A stretch of DNA of 52,234 bases from Patescibacteria group bacterium. Lineage in GTDB: Bacteria > Patescibacteriota > Gracilibacteria > UBA1369. A program made the position numbers and the translations under genes. The stretch is from assembly GCA_963169815.1 (NCBI GenBank), contig CAUJDC010000055.1, forward strand, positions 1 through 52,234, read 5' to 3'. Below are positions 51,431 to 52,234 of this stretch, one piece after another (position 1 is the first letter of the stretch; every line of letters starts with the position of its first letter). The notes beneath the pieces were generated by a model. The model was not told the DNA's origin. It did not search any database and was given only the letters and a program-made list of their open reading frames with translations.

Positions 51431-52234
51431 GTGAAAAATCCAAAAAACTTTCTACAAAAAACTTCGCCCGCTTTATCGATAATGTTGTCGGTGGTTTTGA
51501 TTTCAGTAATCGTACTTTTTTCAATTGGCGTTACCACAATTGTGGTTGATTCTGCCAGGCAGGGAGCCAATGTCAGACAGGGAACTACTGCTTATTATGC
51601 GGCGGAAGCTGGTATTGAGCAGGCACTTTGGGTGAATAAAAAACTGACTGACACAGGGTCCTCGATTGGCGCCAATACCAATGGCAATTTTGATTCAGCA
51701 ACTACTTTCAAAATTCAGGGAACACCGAAAAATTTCACCGAACAAACAGTTAATGGCAAATACATTGTTCCTTTTCCCTGGACTGGAAATGCTCCCTGGC
51801 ATGGAGAAGCTTCCGTTCCTCAAGGTGGTTGCAATCCAGAAAAACCGCCGACCCGCATTGGAACTGGTAGTTCTAAAACTTTTAAAGGCATAGGAATTGC
51901 CGGAGCAGAAGTGACACTTTATGAAATAGACCATCCCTGCAATTGGAATAGATTAAAAGTTGGAGAAAAAGCCACTATTCCGCTTTATAGTATAAACACC
52001 GCAACTTCACCGGCAACAATAACCAATTACGATGACTTCCGTTTGCGCATACGGCTGCCCTGCAAAGAAGGTGCTGAAATTTGTGCCCCGCAAGACAGAC
52101 TGGAGCTAAATTGTTTTGACAAAGGCGACGATGAGAAGAAGTGTGTGGGGGGTGGATTTTATGCTGGCAGTGATAAATATCGTGGAGAAATTGTGATGCT
52201 TTGGGAAATCAATGCTGAAGGAGCGACGCCTGGA
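51431..52234 (+). CDS. PilX-like pilus-associated protein. The C-terminus runs off the right window edge.
   Basis: Not in the supplied ORF track. The frame is open from 51380 to the window end. Candidate starts are GTG 51431 and ATG 51482 (TTG 51380 and 51413 are also possible). It has an N-terminal hydrophobic helix followed by QGTTAYYAAEAGIEQAL (a PilX_N-like motif), then a Cys-rich extracellular region. Confidence 0.6.
   Translation, partial: MKNPKNFLQKTSPALSIMLSVVLISVIVLFSIGVTTIVVDSARQGANVRQGTTAYYAAEAGIEQALWVNKKLTDTGSSIGANTNGNFDSATTFKIQGTPKNFTEQTVNGKYIVPFPWTGNAPWHGEASVPQGGCNPEKPPTRIGTGSSKTFKGIGIAGAEVTLYEIDHPCNWNRLKVGEKATIPLYSINTATSPATITNYDDFRLRIRLPCKEGAEICAPQDRLELNCFDKGDDEKKCVGGGFYAGSDKYRGEIVMLWEINAEGATPG

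Noticed and set aside
1-52234. Alternative genetic code (UGA recoded, as in Gracilibacteria/SR1-type CPR lineages)
   Set aside because: Long ORFs of up to 2087 codons are intact under the standard code. TGA clearly functions as a stop at well-defined gene ends, for example 17329-17331 (A2M) and 49067-49069 (the GSCFA-like gene).

Overview
This is a 52.2-kb, very gene-dense bacterial chromosome segment. It holds about 43 protein genes and 6 tRNAs, with no rRNA, CRISPR array, IS element or prophage visible. It reads cleanly with the standard code, and TGA is used as a stop.

Most content is housekeeping, envelope and DNA-uptake functions:
- Envelope: an edge-truncated class A PBP, MurA, an L,D-transpeptidase, a GT4 glycosyltransferase, a polyprenol-kinase-family protein and an S41 protease.
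- DNA and information processing: RecA-RecX, PcrA/UvrD, a Xer recombinase, NrdR, NusA, ArgRS, a class-II DnaJ-like protein and FtsE.
- Type IV pilus and competence parts scattered through the window: DprA, PilB, a ComEC-type MBL domain protein, ComM and an edge-truncated PilX-like protein.
- Three large surface proteins: a 1565-aa parallel beta-helix adhesin, a 2047-aa thioester alpha-2-macroglobulin and an LPKTG-anchored FN3/Ig protein.

The two ORFs that run off the window edges (PBP at 1-2172, PilX-like at 51431-52234) are missing from the supplied ORF track and were found by manual translation. The architecture (tiny spacers, overlapping convergent stops, giant surface proteins, pilus and competence genes, divergent core proteins) suggests an uncultivated small-genome monoderm-like bacterium such as Patescibacteria/CPR. 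That placement is inference only.

The most interesting items are:
1. An AT-rich, tightly coupled three-gene cassette at 48072-51250. It encodes a highly divergent second MurA-like enolpyruvyl transferase, a GSCFA-like protein of unknown function and a beta-lactamase-fold serine hydrolase. It sits 3.5 kb from the resident murA.
2. An ArgRS carrying a roughly 240-aa N-terminal B3/B4-like (PheRS-beta editing-domain-like) fusion.
3. A 31-nt palindrome present twice, 33 kb apart, each about 75-80 nt upstream of a plus-strand gene, with extended flanking similarity.
4. A thioester A2M translationally coupled to a polyprenol kinase.
5. Seven convergent gene pairs that overlap at their 3-prime ends.

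All homology calls are by-eye motif recognition. No searches or computations beyond hand counting were possible.
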